The notes: generated by a model not told the origin, from the sequence alone. Counted from the first letter of the stretch, positions 29,807 through 40,397 are shown. The stretch: DNA of 64,000 nucleotides from an uncultured bacterium (GCA_964482725.1 CAYZYT010000007.1:19875-83874), one strand, 5' to 3'. Program-made: numbers and translations.

Positions 29807-31060
29807 ATGCTGGAAAGATCCTGGGATGTTGTGATCGTGGGAGCGGGACCGGCGGGTCTTATGGCGGCGATCCCTTGTGCCGGAGCCGGGCTCCGGACCT
29901 TGGTGCTCGATGGCCGCGAGACGATCGGGGCGAAGCTTCTTATCTCCGGCGGCGGCCGTTGCAATGTGACGAATCTTAAAGTCAGCGAAAAGGATTATCA
30001 GTCCGGCGAACCTCGGACTGTCCGCAATATTCTTCGAGCTTTTCCTTCGGAACGCACGTTGGCATTTTTTAGAGCCTTCGGTGTGGAAATGGTCCTCGAG
30101 GAAGGGACGAAATACTTTCCAGAGAAACAATCCGCGAAAATTGTCCTCCAGGCCTTGCTTCAGGCTTCCATCCGCTCCGGTGTCGTGATCGGAAAGGGAA
30201 AAAAGGTCCAAGCCGTTTCCAAGGAGCGCGGGATCTTTCGTGTCTCCGGAGAGGGCTTTGAATATTTCTCTAAAATACTCGTGATCGCGACCGGGGGTTT
30301 GTCGTACCCGGAGACCGGGAGCGACGGTTCCGGCTACTCTCTCGCGAAAGCATTGGGACATTCGATGGTTCCGACCACTCCGGCTCTTACGCCTCTCATC
30401 ACGGATGACCCTGCGTGGAAAAGCCTAGCGGGGATTACCCTGCCGGTCGAGCTTTCGATCCATGCGAAGGGAAAAAGGATCGCTCACAGTGGCGGTGCGT
30501 TGCTTTTTACCCATATCGGATTCAGCGGACCCGCGGTGCTTGATATCAGCGGACCCTGGCTCCGGTGTGAAGCGGAGCACAAAGATCTTTTCGCGAATTT
30601 TCTTCCTGCGTTCCGCGAAGCGGATCTTTTGACGGAATGGGCGAGTTTAGTCTCGAGGTGCCCAGATCGGAGCTGGAAGCGGGCCCTTATGCAATATTTC
30701 CCGGAACGGCTCGTGGAGGTCCTTCTTGGAAAATGCGGTATGGATTCCAGGAAGCGGCTCGATCAAATTTCTAAAAAGGAAAGGGAATCCTTTCTTCGTT
30801 CGCTTTTCCGCTATCCGGTCAAGGTGACGGGTTCTCAAGGGTATGAAAAGGCCGAGGTCACGGCCGGCGGGGTGGACCTCCGGGATGTCGACGCGAAGAC
30901 CCTGGAGTCCCATGTGTGCGCCAGGCTTTTTTTTGCAGGAGAGATCCTGGACGTGGATGGACGCATCGGTGGGTTCAATTTCCAATGGGCTTGGGCGAGC
31001 GGGACTGTCGTCGGTCGGGCGATCCTGCGAGGATTATCAAGCGTCCCGGTTCCCGCATAG
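29807..31060 (+). CDS. NAD(P)/FAD-dependent oxidoreductase, HI0933/BaiN-like flavoprotein
   Basis: Rossmann GxGxxG at N-term (VVIVGAGPAGLMAA), GGGRCNVTN motif typical of HI0933 family; ATG 29807. Confidence 0.75.
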   Translation: MLERSWDVVIVGAGPAGLMAAIPCAGAGLRTLVLDGRETIGAKLLISGGGRCNVTNLKVSEKDYQSGEPRTVRNILRAFPSERTLAFFRAFGVEMVLEEGTKYFPEKQSAKIVLQALLQASIRSGVVIGKGKKVQAVSKERGIFRVSGEGFEYFSKILVIATGGLSYPETGSDGSGYSLAKALGHSMVPTTPALTPLITDDPAWKSLAGITLPVELSIHAKGKRIAHSGGALLFTHIGFSGPAVLDISGPWLRCEAEHKDLFANFLPAFREADLLTEWASLVSRCPDRSWKRALMQYFPERLVEVLLGKCGMDSRKRLDQISKKERESFLRSLFRYPVKVTGSQGYEKAEVTAGGVDLRDVDAKTLESHVCARLFFAGEILDVDGRIGGFNFQWAWASGTVVGRAILRGLSSVPVPA

Positions 31061-31245
31061 AACGGGTTGAAAAGCAGGGCAGCCCTCCTGGGGGGAAAAT
31101 ATTGAAGACCCGTCGATCAAGCCGCCTTGCGTTCCGGCCGTTATATAGGAACACGAATGTCATGGCCAGCGCGTGTTTTTATGAGTAGATTATGGACGTA
31201 AGAACTACCGCCCTCATGGATCGAACAATTTAAACGAGGTCTTTC

Positions 31246-32733
31246 ATGAACCCCGTTAGAAACCAAAATTTTAAAATGTTTCATATCAACAAACTATCCG
31301 TGGAGGGTATCGTGACCTGGCGAAGACGTGTGAAGTTGGGGGCCGTTTCTAACGGGGTGAAGAAAAAAATTTTTTCCTTTCTGGCGTTCCTTTTCGTCCT
31401 TTCTTCGGTCGCTTATGCCGCCGAGGAGCTTCCTCCGCTCCCCAAGGGCCCGATGATCCTCACAAGCGCTACGCCGGCGATGCAATCCGCGGATTACTGG
31501 ATCAAACGTATCCCTGGTGCGGAAAAGCCCATCAAGACGATGGACCAAATGAAACATTTCAACGAAGAGATCAAGAATATGGTGCCCGAAAATATTGATG
31601 TGCTTAAGCTCGACAAGAGCCGTCCGGGTAAGGCCGTCAGCGATCAACTCCAGCTTGAGTACGACACGCTCAAGAACCGCAAGCTTTTTGATGAGAACGA
31701 TAAAGTCGTTCCCAAGAATTTCTTTGAGGACGAGATCAAGCCGCTTGTGCAGATCCCCCAGGTGCCGTCTAAAATCAAAGTAGTGTGGGGGGTGGCGACG
31801 CGAGCCACTTCGGTACGCGCGATCCCGACCATGGTGAAGATGATCGAAGGCAAGGGAGATGTCGAGTTTGACCAGTTGCAATATACGTTGATCAAGCTTT
31901 GGACGCCGGTGGCGATCTATCATCAATCCAGCGACGGGAAATGGTTCTATATTCAAGCCCCGTACGTTCGGGGGTGGGTCAAGTCGAAGGATATCGCGAT
32001 CTTTGAAGGTCGGGAAGAGCTTAAGACGCGTCTCAAGTCCGGAAGTTTTCTCGTGGTGACCGGGGAAAGCGTGCGTGTGTTCCGGGATGCGGGATTGAAA
32101 GATGTTTTTCAGCGGCTGAGCATGGGAACCGTGATCCCGATGGCTTCTTCCAAGTTTCCCGATGGACCCTATCCTGTGTGGATGCCGTACCGTAAAGAGG
32201 GCGGGGATGTTGGGCTTACAAAGTGTTATATCAGCCGGAAGAGCGATGTGACCAAAGGCTTCCCTGTCTACAGTCAGGCGAATGTGATCCGCCAGGCGTT
32301 TAAGCTTTTGGGCCAGCGCTATGGTTGGGGCGGGCAATACAACGGCCGCGATTGTTCGGGATTTACCCATGACGTTTTCTTGAGCTTGGGCGTTGACCTG
32401 CCGCGTGATTCGAAACAACAGGCCATGGTCGGAACGCAGCTGGGGTATTTTGAACCTTTCCAGAATGACGCGGAAAGAAAAGCAGCCCTGAGGTCCGCGC
32501 GACCCGGGATCACGCTTATGAAGATGCCGCATCATCAGATGATCTACCTCGGGACGGTGAACGATCAGTTCTACACCATCCACTCGACTTGGGCCGAGCG
32601 TACCGGCGACGACCGGCTGGCGGACGAAAAGAACCGGATCAATCAGGTGGTCGTCTCTGACCTGGAGCTGAACGGCCGTTCCTATGTGGGATCGCTCTTT
32701 GACCGAATTGTTTCTATCAATGAGGTTGACTAG
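31246..32733 (+). CDS. secreted SH3-domain + NlpC/P60 family peptidoglycan endopeptidase
   Basis: C-terminal NlpC/P60 catalytic region YGWGGQYNGRDCSGFTHDVF...H; signal peptide KKKIFSFLAFLFVLSSVAYA suggests true start at GTG ~31354. Confidence 0.7.
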   Translation: MNPVRNQNFKMFHINKLSVEGIVTWRRRVKLGAVSNGVKKKIFSFLAFLFVLSSVAYAAEELPPLPKGPMILTSATPAMQSADYWIKRIPGAEKPIKTMDQMKHFNEEIKNMVPENIDVLKLDKSRPGKAVSDQLQLEYDTLKNRKLFDENDKVVPKNFFEDEIKPLVQIPQVPSKIKVVWGVATRATSVRAIPTMVKMIEGKGDVEFDQLQYTLIKLWTPVAIYHQSSDGKWFYIQAPYVRGWVKSKDIAIFEGREELKTRLKSGSFLVVTGESVRVFRDAGLKDVFQRLSMGTVIPMASSKFPDGPYPVWMPYRKEGGDVGLTKCYISRKSDVTKGFPVYSQANVIRQAFKLLGQRYGWGGQYNGRDCSGFTHDVFLSLGVDLPRDSKQQAMVGTQLGYFEPFQNDAERKAALRSARPGITLMKMPHHQMIYLGTVNDQFYTIHSTWAERTGDDRLADEKNRINQVVVSDLELNGRSYVGSLFDRIVSINEVD

Positions 32734-33286
32734 GGTGTCTCGGAAATATTGGCTCCTGTTGTTTGTTTTAATTCTGATCCTGCCAGGTAGTTTTCTCGTT
32801 GCTGAAGAAGTTGCAATGCCTTCTAAAGGATTTTCGCTCCAGCCCTCCAGGGATTGGATCGAATTACCGCTCCCGTTCCAGGGCGTGGTGGTCTCCTATG
32901 GGAAAAAAGGGACTTTAGCCACATTCCATATCACGGAGAGAGATCTCGGGGGTGTTAGAACTGTTGAACAGTTGAAATGGGAAGATCTCTTTAGCCCGGA
33001 ATTCGGGTCGATCGATATCCGTACCCAGAGCACGACCCTCCTGGGGGGTGAAAAAGCAAGGTTTTGCATTTATACGCTGAAGCCGGGCGAGTTCAAGAAA
33101 ACCATGGAAGGTAAACTTCCGGCCAAGTACATCAATTATGTCCTGATCCACCAGGGAAAGCTTTTTTCTATCACGTTTAAAGATACGGAAGACGGGTTTT
33201 CTTTATCCTATCCTTCGTTTCTTGCCGCGATCCGAACGCTTCGGTTCGATGCGTCGAAACCACTACCTCAAAGGAAACTGACATGA
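32720..33286 (+). CDS. hypothetical exported protein
   Basis: ORF with N-terminal hydrophobic segment RKYWLLLFVLILILPGSFLVAEE; overlaps NlpC/P60 stop; no recognisable domain. Confidence 0.4.
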   Translation: MRLTRVSRKYWLLLFVLILILPGSFLVAEEVAMPSKGFSLQPSRDWIELPLPFQGVVVSYGKKGTLATFHITERDLGGVRTVEQLKWEDLFSPEFGSIDIRTQSTTLLGGEKARFCIYTLKPGEFKKTMEGKLPAKYINYVLIHQGKLFSITFKDTEDGFSLSYPSFLAAIRTLRFDASKPLPQRKLT

Positions 33287-33669
33287 CATTCCAAGAATTT
33301 CTCAATAGCATTCAAACGATAAGAATCGAAGAATCGCGCGCTCAAACGAATGAGTATTTTGAGGCCGTGATCGCCAAGGAAGGTCTCGACGCTTTGCATA
33401 AGATCTTGGCCCAATATTTCGGGCCGCCTATAAAGCCCGAAGGGAGTGCCCCTTCTTTGAAAGTGAAATATATCGCTGCCCCCTACGGAGGAATACGCAA
33501 GGAGCAGACGATGTATTTTCACAAAACCGGAGATCATGCTGAATGCGCTCTTCTCTGGCCATGGGGAAGTGGTGCTCGTATCACGATCAAGGTCAGTCAG
33601 TCCAAGGAGGCTGGTTCGGAGAGAAGCTTTAGTAGGTTTTTTAAAAAACTGTTCTCCTTTAAGTTTTAA
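33283..33669 (+). CDS. hypothetical protein
   Basis: 128-aa ORF, coding-like composition, start overlaps previous stop (ATGA); no recognisable domain. Confidence 0.4.
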   Translation: MTFQEFLNSIQTIRIEESRAQTNEYFEAVIAKEGLDALHKILAQYFGPPIKPEGSAPSLKVKYIAAPYGGIRKEQTMYFHKTGDHAECALLWPWGSGARITIKVSQSKEAGSERSFSRFFKKLFSFKF

Positions 33670-33785
33670 GAGCGTCTCAACCTGTTTATTCGCAATAGCT
33701 TACAAAAGGAGTTTTTTTGAGCTCTAACTGGACAAAAACAGTCTGGTTTGTTATACTTCACGCATTCCTAAAAGAATAGAGATCT

Positions 33786-34247
33786 ATGAGATATACCACG
33801 AAGACAGAATATGGAGTGATTTGCCTTGCGCATATGGCCAAGAAACCTTGGCCCGGGGCGAGTATTGCTAAAGAGATTGCCGAGCACGAAGGATTCTCTG
33901 TGAGCTTTACGGAGAAGATCCTGCAGGGTTTGAGGCGGGCCGGTATTGCCACCTCTCAACAGGGGAACAAAGGCGGGTGGACCTTGACCCGTCCCTCCAC
34001 CGAGATCACCCTCAAAGAGATCATCGAAGCTTTGGAGGGAAGCACGTTCGAGGCTTTTTGCGACATCAAACACCGGAAAAGCATTGTTTGTACTCATTTT
34101 TCATTATGTAAGCTGAAGCCGGTTTGGTACAAAACCCAAAAAACGCTGGATGAGCTTTACCAGACGATCACACTCCAAATGATCGCTGAAGATGCGATAA
34201 GCCTCCCAAAATTTGAACTGGGAGTTGTCGCGGAGAAGAAGTCATGA
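33786..34247 (+). CDS. Rrf2 family transcriptional regulator (IscR/SufR-like) heading the suf operon
   Basis: Rrf2 wHTH ([18 protein letters not shown]), Cys ligands C92/C101/C107 region [20 protein letters not shown]; stop overlaps sufB start. Confidence 0.75.
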   Translation: MRYTTKTEYGVICLAHMAKKPWPGASIAKEIAEHEGFSVSFTEKILQGLRRAGIATSQQGNKGGWTLTRPSTEITLKEIIEALEGSTFEAFCDIKHRKSIVCTHFSLCKLKPVWYKTQKTLDELYQTITLQMIAEDAISLPKFELGVVAEKKS

Positions 34248-35680
34248 CTGACGCAGAGTCTCTAATCCCCAAGGATTACGCTTACGGATTTGTGACCCCG
34301 GTCGAATCGGATGCCGCACCGCGCGGCCTGAACGAGGGTACGATCCGTTTCATTTCCAAAAAGAAAAATGAGCCTGCCTTTATGCTCGAGTGGCGGCTCG
34401 CCGCTTATCGCGAATGGCTCAAGATGAAAGAGCCGGACTGGGCAAGCGTCCTTTACCCCAAGATCGATTATCAGGACATCATCTATTATTCCGCGCCGAA
34501 ACAAAAAAAAGACGGTCCCCAGAGCTTGGCTGATGTCGATCAGGAAGTCCTCAAGACCTATGAGAAACTCGGGATCCCGCTCGAGGAGCAGAAGATCCTT
34601 GCGGGGGTCGCCGTCGATGCGGTTTTTGACAGTGTCTCGGTCGCGACGACCTACAAAGCGAAGCTCAAGGAATACGGGATCATTTTTTGCTCTTTTTCGG
34701 AGGCGGTACGGGAGCATCCGGAACTGATAAAAAAATATCTGGGTTCGGTGGTGCCGGTGAAGGATAACTTTTTTGCGGCGCTTAATTCTGCGGTCTTTAG
34801 CGACGGCTCTTTTTGCTATATCCCGAAGGGGGTGCGCTGTCCAATGGAGCTTTCCACTTACTTCCGGATCAATGCCATGGATACCGGACAATTCGAGCGG
34901 ACCCTGATCGTCGCCGATCAAGGGAGTTTTGTAAGCTATCTTGAAGGCTGCACCGCGCCGATCCGCGATAAGAACCAGCTTCACGCCGCGGTGGTGGAAC
35001 TCGTGGCCCATGAAAAGGCCTCGATCAAATATTCGACGGTGCAGAATTGGTACGCCGGAGACAAGGAAGGCAAGGGCGGTATTTATAATTTTGTGACGAA
35101 ACGAGGACTCTGTGAAGGCGCGCATTCCAAGATCTCCTGGACGCAGGTCGAAACCGGCTCCTCGATCACATGGAAATATCCGAGCTGCATCCTTCAAGGG
35201 GATCACTCGGTCGGAGAATTTTATTCCGTAGCCGTCGTGAATAACCACCAGCAGGCCGATACCGGCACCAAGATGATCCATCTCGGGAAAAACACCAAAA
35301 GCACGATCATTTCCAAAGGTATTTCGGCGCGCTTCGGCAAGAACACCTATCGAGGCCTTGTGAAGATGGTGCCGAAGGCCGTGGGCTCTCGCAATTACAC
35401 GCAATGCGATTCGCTTTTGATGGGGGACCGCTGCAGTGCGAACACATTCCCCACGCTGGAGGTGAGTAACCGGACTTCACGGGCCGAACATGAGGCTACG
35501 ACCTCAAGGATCAACGAGGACCAGCTCTTTTATTGCCGGCAGCGCGGCATGTCCCAAGAGAATGCGATCTCGATGATCGTGCACGGATTCTGCAAGGAAG
35601 TGTTCAAGAATCTGCCGATGGAATTTGCCGTTGAGGCGCAGAAATTGATGAATGTGACGCTGGAGGGAAGTGTTGGGTAA
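34244..35680 (+). CDS. sufB: Fe-S cluster assembly protein SufB
   Basis: Full-length SufB homology, 478 aa, conserved C-terminal beta-helix region. Confidence 0.9.
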   Translation: MTDAESLIPKDYAYGFVTPVESDAAPRGLNEGTIRFISKKKNEPAFMLEWRLAAYREWLKMKEPDWASVLYPKIDYQDIIYYSAPKQKKDGPQSLADVDQEVLKTYEKLGIPLEEQKILAGVAVDAVFDSVSVATTYKAKLKEYGIIFCSFSEAVREHPELIKKYLGSVVPVKDNFFAALNSAVFSDGSFCYIPKGVRCPMELSTYFRINAMDTGQFERTLIVADQGSFVSYLEGCTAPIRDKNQLHAAVVELVAHEKASIKYSTVQNWYAGDKEGKGGIYNFVTKRGLCEGAHSKISWTQVETGSSITWKYPSCILQGDHSVGEFYSVAVVNNHQQADTGTKMIHLGKNTKSTIISKGISARFGKNTYRGLVKMVPKAVGSRNYTQCDSLLMGDRCSANTFPTLEVSNRTSRAEHEATTSRINEDQLFYCRQRGMSQENAISMIVHGFCKEVFKNLPMEFAVEAQKLMNVTLEGSVG

Positions 35681-35770
35681 AGGACGCATGGCGCAAGCCA
35701 CACGCCACACGAAGCTTTCCTCTCTGGGGCAGGTGGCTTTGTGGCTCGTGGCCATAATTAGGGAGACATT

Positions 35771-36514
35771 ATGTTAGAGATCAAAAATTTACATGTCAGC
35801 GTTGAAGGTGTCGAGATCCTGAAAGGGATCGATCTTTCGGTCAAGGCCGGAGAGGTGCATGCCATCATGGGGCCGAACGGCTCGGGAAAAAGCACGCTTA
35901 CGCGTGTCCTGGCCGGTCATCCGTCGTATGTCGTGACGCAGGGGAGCGCGACGTATGAAGGGAAAGACCTTTTTCAAATGGCGATCGAGGACCGGGCGCG
36001 CCAGGGAGTTTTTCTCGCGTTCCAGTATCCGATCGATATCCCGGGCGTGAATAACGCCTATTTTCTAAAAGCCGCCGTGAACGAAACCCGGAAAGCCAAA
36101 GGCCTTGAAGAACTGGACGCCATGGAGTTCCTGGAATTCCTCAAAGAGAAAATGAAACTCGTGGAAATGGATGAGAGCTTCCTCAATCGTCCCGTGAACG
36201 AGGGTTTTTCGGGCGGCGAGAAGAAACGCAACGAGATCCTCCAATTGGCGGCGCTCTCGCCCAAACTCGCTATTCTGGATGAAACCGATTCGGGATTGGA
36301 TATCGATGCCCTGAAGATCGTCTCGGAAGGTGTGAACCGTTTACGCAATCCCAGCCGCTCATTTATTCTTGTGACGCATTACCAGAGAATGCTCAACTAT
36401 ATTGCGCCGGACTATGTGCATGTCCTGATGGGCGGAAAGATCGTCCTGTCGGGCGGCAAGGACCTCGCTTTCAAACTTGAAGAAAAAGGGTATGAGTGGG
36501 TGAAAGGAGACTAG
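35771..36514 (+). CDS. sufC: Fe-S cluster assembly ATPase SufC
   Basis: Walker A GPNGSGKSTL, ABC signature FSGGEKKRNEILQ, Walker B AILDETDSGLD. Confidence 0.9.
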   Translation: MLEIKNLHVSVEGVEILKGIDLSVKAGEVHAIMGPNGSGKSTLTRVLAGHPSYVVTQGSATYEGKDLFQMAIEDRARQGVFLAFQYPIDIPGVNNAYFLKAAVNETRKAKGLEELDAMEFLEFLKEKMKLVEMDESFLNRPVNEGFSGGEKKRNEILQLAALSPKLAILDETDSGLDIDALKIVSEGVNRLRNPSRSFILVTHYQRMLNYIAPDYVHVLMGGKIVLSGGKDLAFKLEEKGYEWVKGD

Positions 36515-36515
36515 G

Positions 36516-36568
36516 GACTACAGACGAGAGACCGGAGACTCTAGTCTCTTGTCTCGGGTCTCAAGTCC
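36516..36568. repeat. GAGAC/GTCTC heptad palindromic element between sufC and sufD
   Basis: gactacagac-gagagac-cggagac tcta gtctc-ttgtctc-gggtctc-aagtc. Confidence 0.6.
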
Positions 36569-36577
36569 AGTGCAACT

Positions 36578-37861
36578 ATGACTCAAGCTATGGAACCATA
36601 CATGAAAGCATACGAGAGCCTGACGGCGGGCCGCAAAGCCGAGCCCGCGTGGCTTCTCCGTCTGCGCGATGAGGCGATGGCTTCGTTCACGGCCAAGGGA
36701 TTTCCCAATACGGCGGATGAAGCCTGGCGGTATACGGATGTGACGGCGATCCGGGAGGGATGTTTTAATAGGGACGGTTCTCTCGGAAGAGAACCGTCCC
36801 TGAGTGATATGTCGAGAAGGTTCCAAGAAGGAGTTGAGATCCTGGATATCGCTGAGGCCCTTGTGAAATTTCCGGAACTCCTGCAAAAATATCTGGGCCA
36901 GTATGCGGATCCGGAGAAAAATTCTTTTACAGCTTTGAATACGGCGTTTTTCCAACACGGAAGTTTTGTCAGGATCTCCGCCGGCGTCACTTTAGACGAA
37001 CCGATCGAGATCGTTCATTCCGTCGCGCCGGACCGGAAAGGTTTTGTCTTCCAACCGCGGACGCTTATTTGGGTGGAAAAGGGCGGCAAGGCATGGGTTC
37101 GCGAGATCTACGAATCGACGGGAACGCAGCCCTATTTCACCAATGCTGTGACGGAAATTGTCCTCGAGGAAGGCGCCCGTTTGGAACATAGCAAGGTCCA
37201 GCGGGAGTCTCCGGGAGCTTTTCACATCGCGATGACGCAAGTGGCCCAGCGCCGCGGGAGTTCATTCACTTCGTTCGCGCTGTCGACCGGCGCCCGTTTG
37301 ATGCGCAATGACTGCCGCGTGACGTTGGCGGAGGAAGGCGCCTCTTGTGAGCTGAACGGGCTTTATCTGGGGGACAAGGAGCAGGTGCTGGACCAACAGA
37401 CCTTTGTGGATCATCAAAAACCGGACGGCAAAAGCGATCAGTTCTTCAAGGGACTTTTGGCCGGGAATTCCCGGGGAGTTTTTCGCGGGCATGTCATGGT
37501 GCGTCAGGACGCCCAGCGGACCGACGCGCATCAGACCAACAAGAACCTGCTTCTCTCGGATACCGCGAAGGTCGATGCCCAGCCGCAGCTTGAGATCCTG
37601 GCTGATGACGTCAAATGCAGTCACGGCGCGGCCGTCGGCCAGCTTCAGGAAGACGCCCTTTTTTATCTGCGCTCACGGGGGATCGGTGAGACGGAAGCCG
37701 GGCGCATGTTGGCTCAGGGGTTTGCTCGGGAAGTGATCGAGCATTCGAGCCTGAGTTTTATGAAGGAAGAATTGACGAAACTAATGAATGAAAAGCTGGA
37801 AAAACAATTTTGTTCGTGCAACGGTCAACGATTGACGGTCAACGAAGAGCCTTTGCGTTGA
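36578..37861 (+). CDS. sufD: Fe-S cluster assembly protein SufD (carries in-frame 30-bp hairpin insertion)
   Basis: SufD family (EAWRYTDV..., C-terminal beta-helix); 36780-36809 gggacggttctctcggaagagaaccgtccc encodes RDGSLGREPSL in frame. Confidence 0.85.
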   Translation: MTQAMEPYMKAYESLTAGRKAEPAWLLRLRDEAMASFTAKGFPNTADEAWRYTDVTAIREGCFNRDGSLGREPSLSDMSRRFQEGVEILDIAEALVKFPELLQKYLGQYADPEKNSFTALNTAFFQHGSFVRISAGVTLDEPIEIVHSVAPDRKGFVFQPRTLIWVEKGGKAWVREIYESTGTQPYFTNAVTEIVLEEGARLEHSKVQRESPGAFHIAMTQVAQRRGSSFTSFALSTGARLMRNDCRVTLAEEGASCELNGLYLGDKEQVLDQQTFVDHQKPDGKSDQFFKGLLAGNSRGVFRGHVMVRQDAQRTDAHQTNKNLLLSDTAKVDAQPQLEILADDVKCSHGAAVGQLQEDALFYLRSRGIGETEAGRMLAQGFAREVIEHSSLSFMKEELTKLMNEKLEKQFCSCNGQRLTVNEEPLR

Positions 37862-37910
37862 TCTTTGCTCGTTGTTCGTTGACCCGATTTTAAAATGATG
37901 AGGCCATAAA

Positions 37911-39149
37911 ATGGATCCATTGCCGATAAAAGCACTCGATGTCGAACAAATAAGAAAAGACTTCCCGATCCTCGGGGAGCAGGTTTACAGCAAGCCGCTT
38001 ACGTATCTGGATAATGCCGCGACGACGCAGAAGCCCAGGGCCGTGATCGATACCCTGACGCAGTATTATTCCAAGGAGAACGCCAATATCCACCGGGGCA
38101 TTTTTTGCCTGAGCGAGCAGGCAACCAAACGTTACAAGAGCGCGCGCCACAAGGTCCAGGAATTCATCGGAGCGGCCTCGGACAAAGAGATCGTTTTTGT
38201 GCGCGGGACCACGGAGGCGCTCAATCTCGTGGCTCATTGTTATGGCCGGACTTTTCTTAAAGCGGGAGATGAGGTTCTCATCACCCACATGGAGCACCAT
38301 TCCAATATCGTTCCTTGGCAGATGCTTGCGGAACAGATCGGGATCAAACTCAAGGTGGCTCCCATCAACGATCAGGGAGAGCTCATGATGGATGAGTTCC
38401 AGAAACTTCTGACGGACCGGGTGAAATTCGTGTCCGTGGTCCACGTCTCGAACGCGCTGGGGACGGTGAATCCGGTGAAAGAGATCATCCGGTTGGCGCA
38501 CGCGAAGGGCATTCCCGTGATGGTCGATGGCGCGCAGGCGGTGGCGCATACTCCCGTGAATGTCCGGGACCTCGACTGCGATTTTTATGCTTTTTCCGGG
38601 CATAAGCTTCTCGGGCCGACGGGGATTGGCGTTCTTTACGGGAAAAAAGAATTTCTGGAAAAGATGCCGCCGTATCAGGGGGGCGGGGACATGATCCGTT
38701 CCGTGAGCTTTGAAAAAACGACCTACAACGACCTGCCCTATAAATTTGAGGCTGGGACGCCGCATATTGCCGGGGTGATTGGGTTGGGCGTGGCGATCGA
38801 TTACATCTCAGACGTTGGGCTTAGCCAGATCGAGACGTATGAACAGGAGCTTTTGAAGTATGGGACTGAAAAGCTTTTGCAAGTCCCGGGACTCCGTCTG
38901 ATCGGGACCGCGAATCATAAATCCGCCATTCTTTCTTTTGTGTTGGGTGATGCGCATGCGCATGATATCGGGACGATCCTGGATCGCCAGGGGATCGCGA
39001 TCCGCGCGGGCCATCATTGCGCCATGCCCGTGATGGAGCGTTTTAATGTGCCGGCCACCACGCGCGCTTCGCTTGCTTTCTATAATACGCGGGAGGAGAT
39101 CGATCGCTTGGTCGCGGCGCTTCATGAGGTGACGGAGGTGTTCCGGTGA
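37911..39149 (+). CDS. sufS: cysteine desulfurase SufS
   Basis: PLP-Lys region FSGHKLLGPTGIGVLYGK, active-site Cys loop RAGHHCA; 412 aa. Confidence 0.9.
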   Translation: MDPLPIKALDVEQIRKDFPILGEQVYSKPLTYLDNAATTQKPRAVIDTLTQYYSKENANIHRGIFCLSEQATKRYKSARHKVQEFIGAASDKEIVFVRGTTEALNLVAHCYGRTFLKAGDEVLITHMEHHSNIVPWQMLAEQIGIKLKVAPINDQGELMMDEFQKLLTDRVKFVSVVHVSNALGTVNPVKEIIRLAHAKGIPVMVDGAQAVAHTPVNVRDLDCDFYAFSGHKLLGPTGIGVLYGKKEFLEKMPPYQGGGDMIRSVSFEKTTYNDLPYKFEAGTPHIAGVIGLGVAIDYISDVGLSQIETYEQELLKYGTEKLLQVPGLRLIGTANHKSAILSFVLGDAHAHDIGTILDRQGIAIRAGHHCAMPVMERFNVPATTRASLAFYNTREEIDRLVAALHEVTEVFR

Positions 39150-39183
39150 ATGTTGTTACGCCGTTTCTCCGATGGAACCGATC

Positions 39184-39222
39184 CAACCTGCCAGGTCAAC
39201 CTGCCAGGTCAACCTGCCAGGT
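39184..39222. repeat. 13-bp direct repeat x3 (caacctgccaggt)
   Basis: Three perfect tandem copies between sufS stop and sufU start; followed by tggatgg partially complementary to the unit. Confidence 0.5.
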
Positions 39223-39243
39223 TGGATGGGCCGAGGGGGTCCG

Positions 39244-39699
39244 ATGAGCGGGGATATCCGGGAGCTCTATCAGCAGATGATCATGGACCACAACAAGAAC
39301 CCGAGAAATTTCCGCGGGATGACGGACGCCGACCGGGGCGTGGAGGGCTACAATCCTTTGTGTGGTGACCACTTCAAGGTTTACTTGAAAATGGAAGGGG
39401 ACCGGATCAAAGATATCAGCTTTGACGGGTCAGGCTGTGCGATATCGAAGTCCTCGGCTTCGATGATGACTGCGGCCCTCAAAGGTAAAACGCGCGAGGA
39501 AGCCAAGGCTCTTTTTGAAGAAGTTCACAAGATGCTCTCTCGTGGGATCGGCGAGCCGTTCGATGCGGCGAAGGTCGGAAAGCTTGCGACGCTCGGGGGT
39601 GTGTGTGAATTCCCATCGCGCGTCAAATGCGCTTCGCTGGCGTGGCATGCTATGCTCGAAGCCCTGGAGCCGACGGGGAAGCAAATAACCACAGAATAG
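39244..39699 (+). CDS. sufU: SufU/IscU-like Fe-S scaffold / sulfur acceptor
   Basis: Conserved Cys in NPLCGDHFKV, GSGCAISKSSASMM, KCASLAWHA; ATG 39244 after gagggggt RBS. Confidence 0.8.
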   Translation: MSGDIRELYQQMIMDHNKNPRNFRGMTDADRGVEGYNPLCGDHFKVYLKMEGDRIKDISFDGSGCAISKSSASMMTAALKGKTREEAKALFEEVHKMLSRGIGEPFDAAKVGKLATLGGVCEFPSRVKCASLAWHAMLEALEPTGKQITTE

Positions 39700-39777
39700 A
39701 TAAAATAGGATGGCGGAAGGCGGATGGCGAAAAAACGGTTTTACTCCCTCCTCCATCCGTCATCCTGAAGAGAGCCT

Positions 39778-40101
39778 ATGCCAGAAAAAACTTTAGACGA
39801 CCAGATCTGGGACCAGCTTCGCCTTTGCTACGATTATGAGATCCCAGTCAATATCGTGGAGTTAGGGCTCATCTATGGCTTCAAGGTGGAAGATCTTCCG
39901 GAATGCGGGAAGTCGGTCGAAGTCCGCATGACATTTACAAGCCCCATGTGTCCGATGGGGGACCTTATCAAGAAAGACGTTGAACGCCGCGTTGAGACTG
40001 TGCCCGGCGTCAAAAAAGTCTCCGTCGAGATCGCTTTTGACCCTCCCTGGGATCAATCCCGCATGACCGAAGCTGCGAAGCTTCAGCTCGGTTTTTTGTA
40101 A
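39778..40101 (+). CDS. sufT: DUF59 / SufT-like Fe-S assembly protein (MIP18 family)
   Basis: IVELGLIYG...TSPMCPMGD pattern typical of DUF59; 107 aa; last gene of suf cluster. Confidence 0.75.
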   Translation: MPEKTLDDQIWDQLRLCYDYEIPVNIVELGLIYGFKVEDLPECGKSVEVRMTFTSPMCPMGDLIKKDVERRVETVPGVKKVSVEIAFDPPWDQSRMTEAAKLQLGFL

Positions 40102-40275
40102 TCTCTTCCCCCAACCCAGGCCCGGGTCTCCCTAGGGCTTTAACGCCAAGGCAATTTTTCGACACATGTCATTGATTAAAGATGCTATATCCTGCCATGA
40201 ATAGGGGATGGATTTCCCAAGACGTTTCAAATAGACATTTTTGATAAAAAACTCGAAATTTTTAGGCTCTCGCCC

Positions 40276-40304
40276 TTGCTTTCCAAGGGTTCATCAGTTA
40301 TATT
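40276..40304 (+). promoter_or_regulatory. candidate promoter of giant gene in AT-rich leader
   Basis: TTGCTT - 17 nt - TATATT in the only strongly AT-rich stretch of the window (40200-40397); aggatga RBS 8 nt before ATG 40398. Confidence 0.3.
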
Positions 40305-40397
40305 TTTTACAACTTTCTAAACATTAAAAAAAATAAGATAAAATCCGTTTCGAAATCAAAGAAATAAAATCTGTTTTCCTAAAGGATGAGCCGCTGA

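Noticed and set aside
35681-35770. sufB-sufC intercistronic hairpin (gccacacgccacacg ... gtggctttgtggctcgtggc)
   Set aside because: It is imperfect and only one copy. It could be an mRNA processing or stability element, but the evidence is too weak to call.
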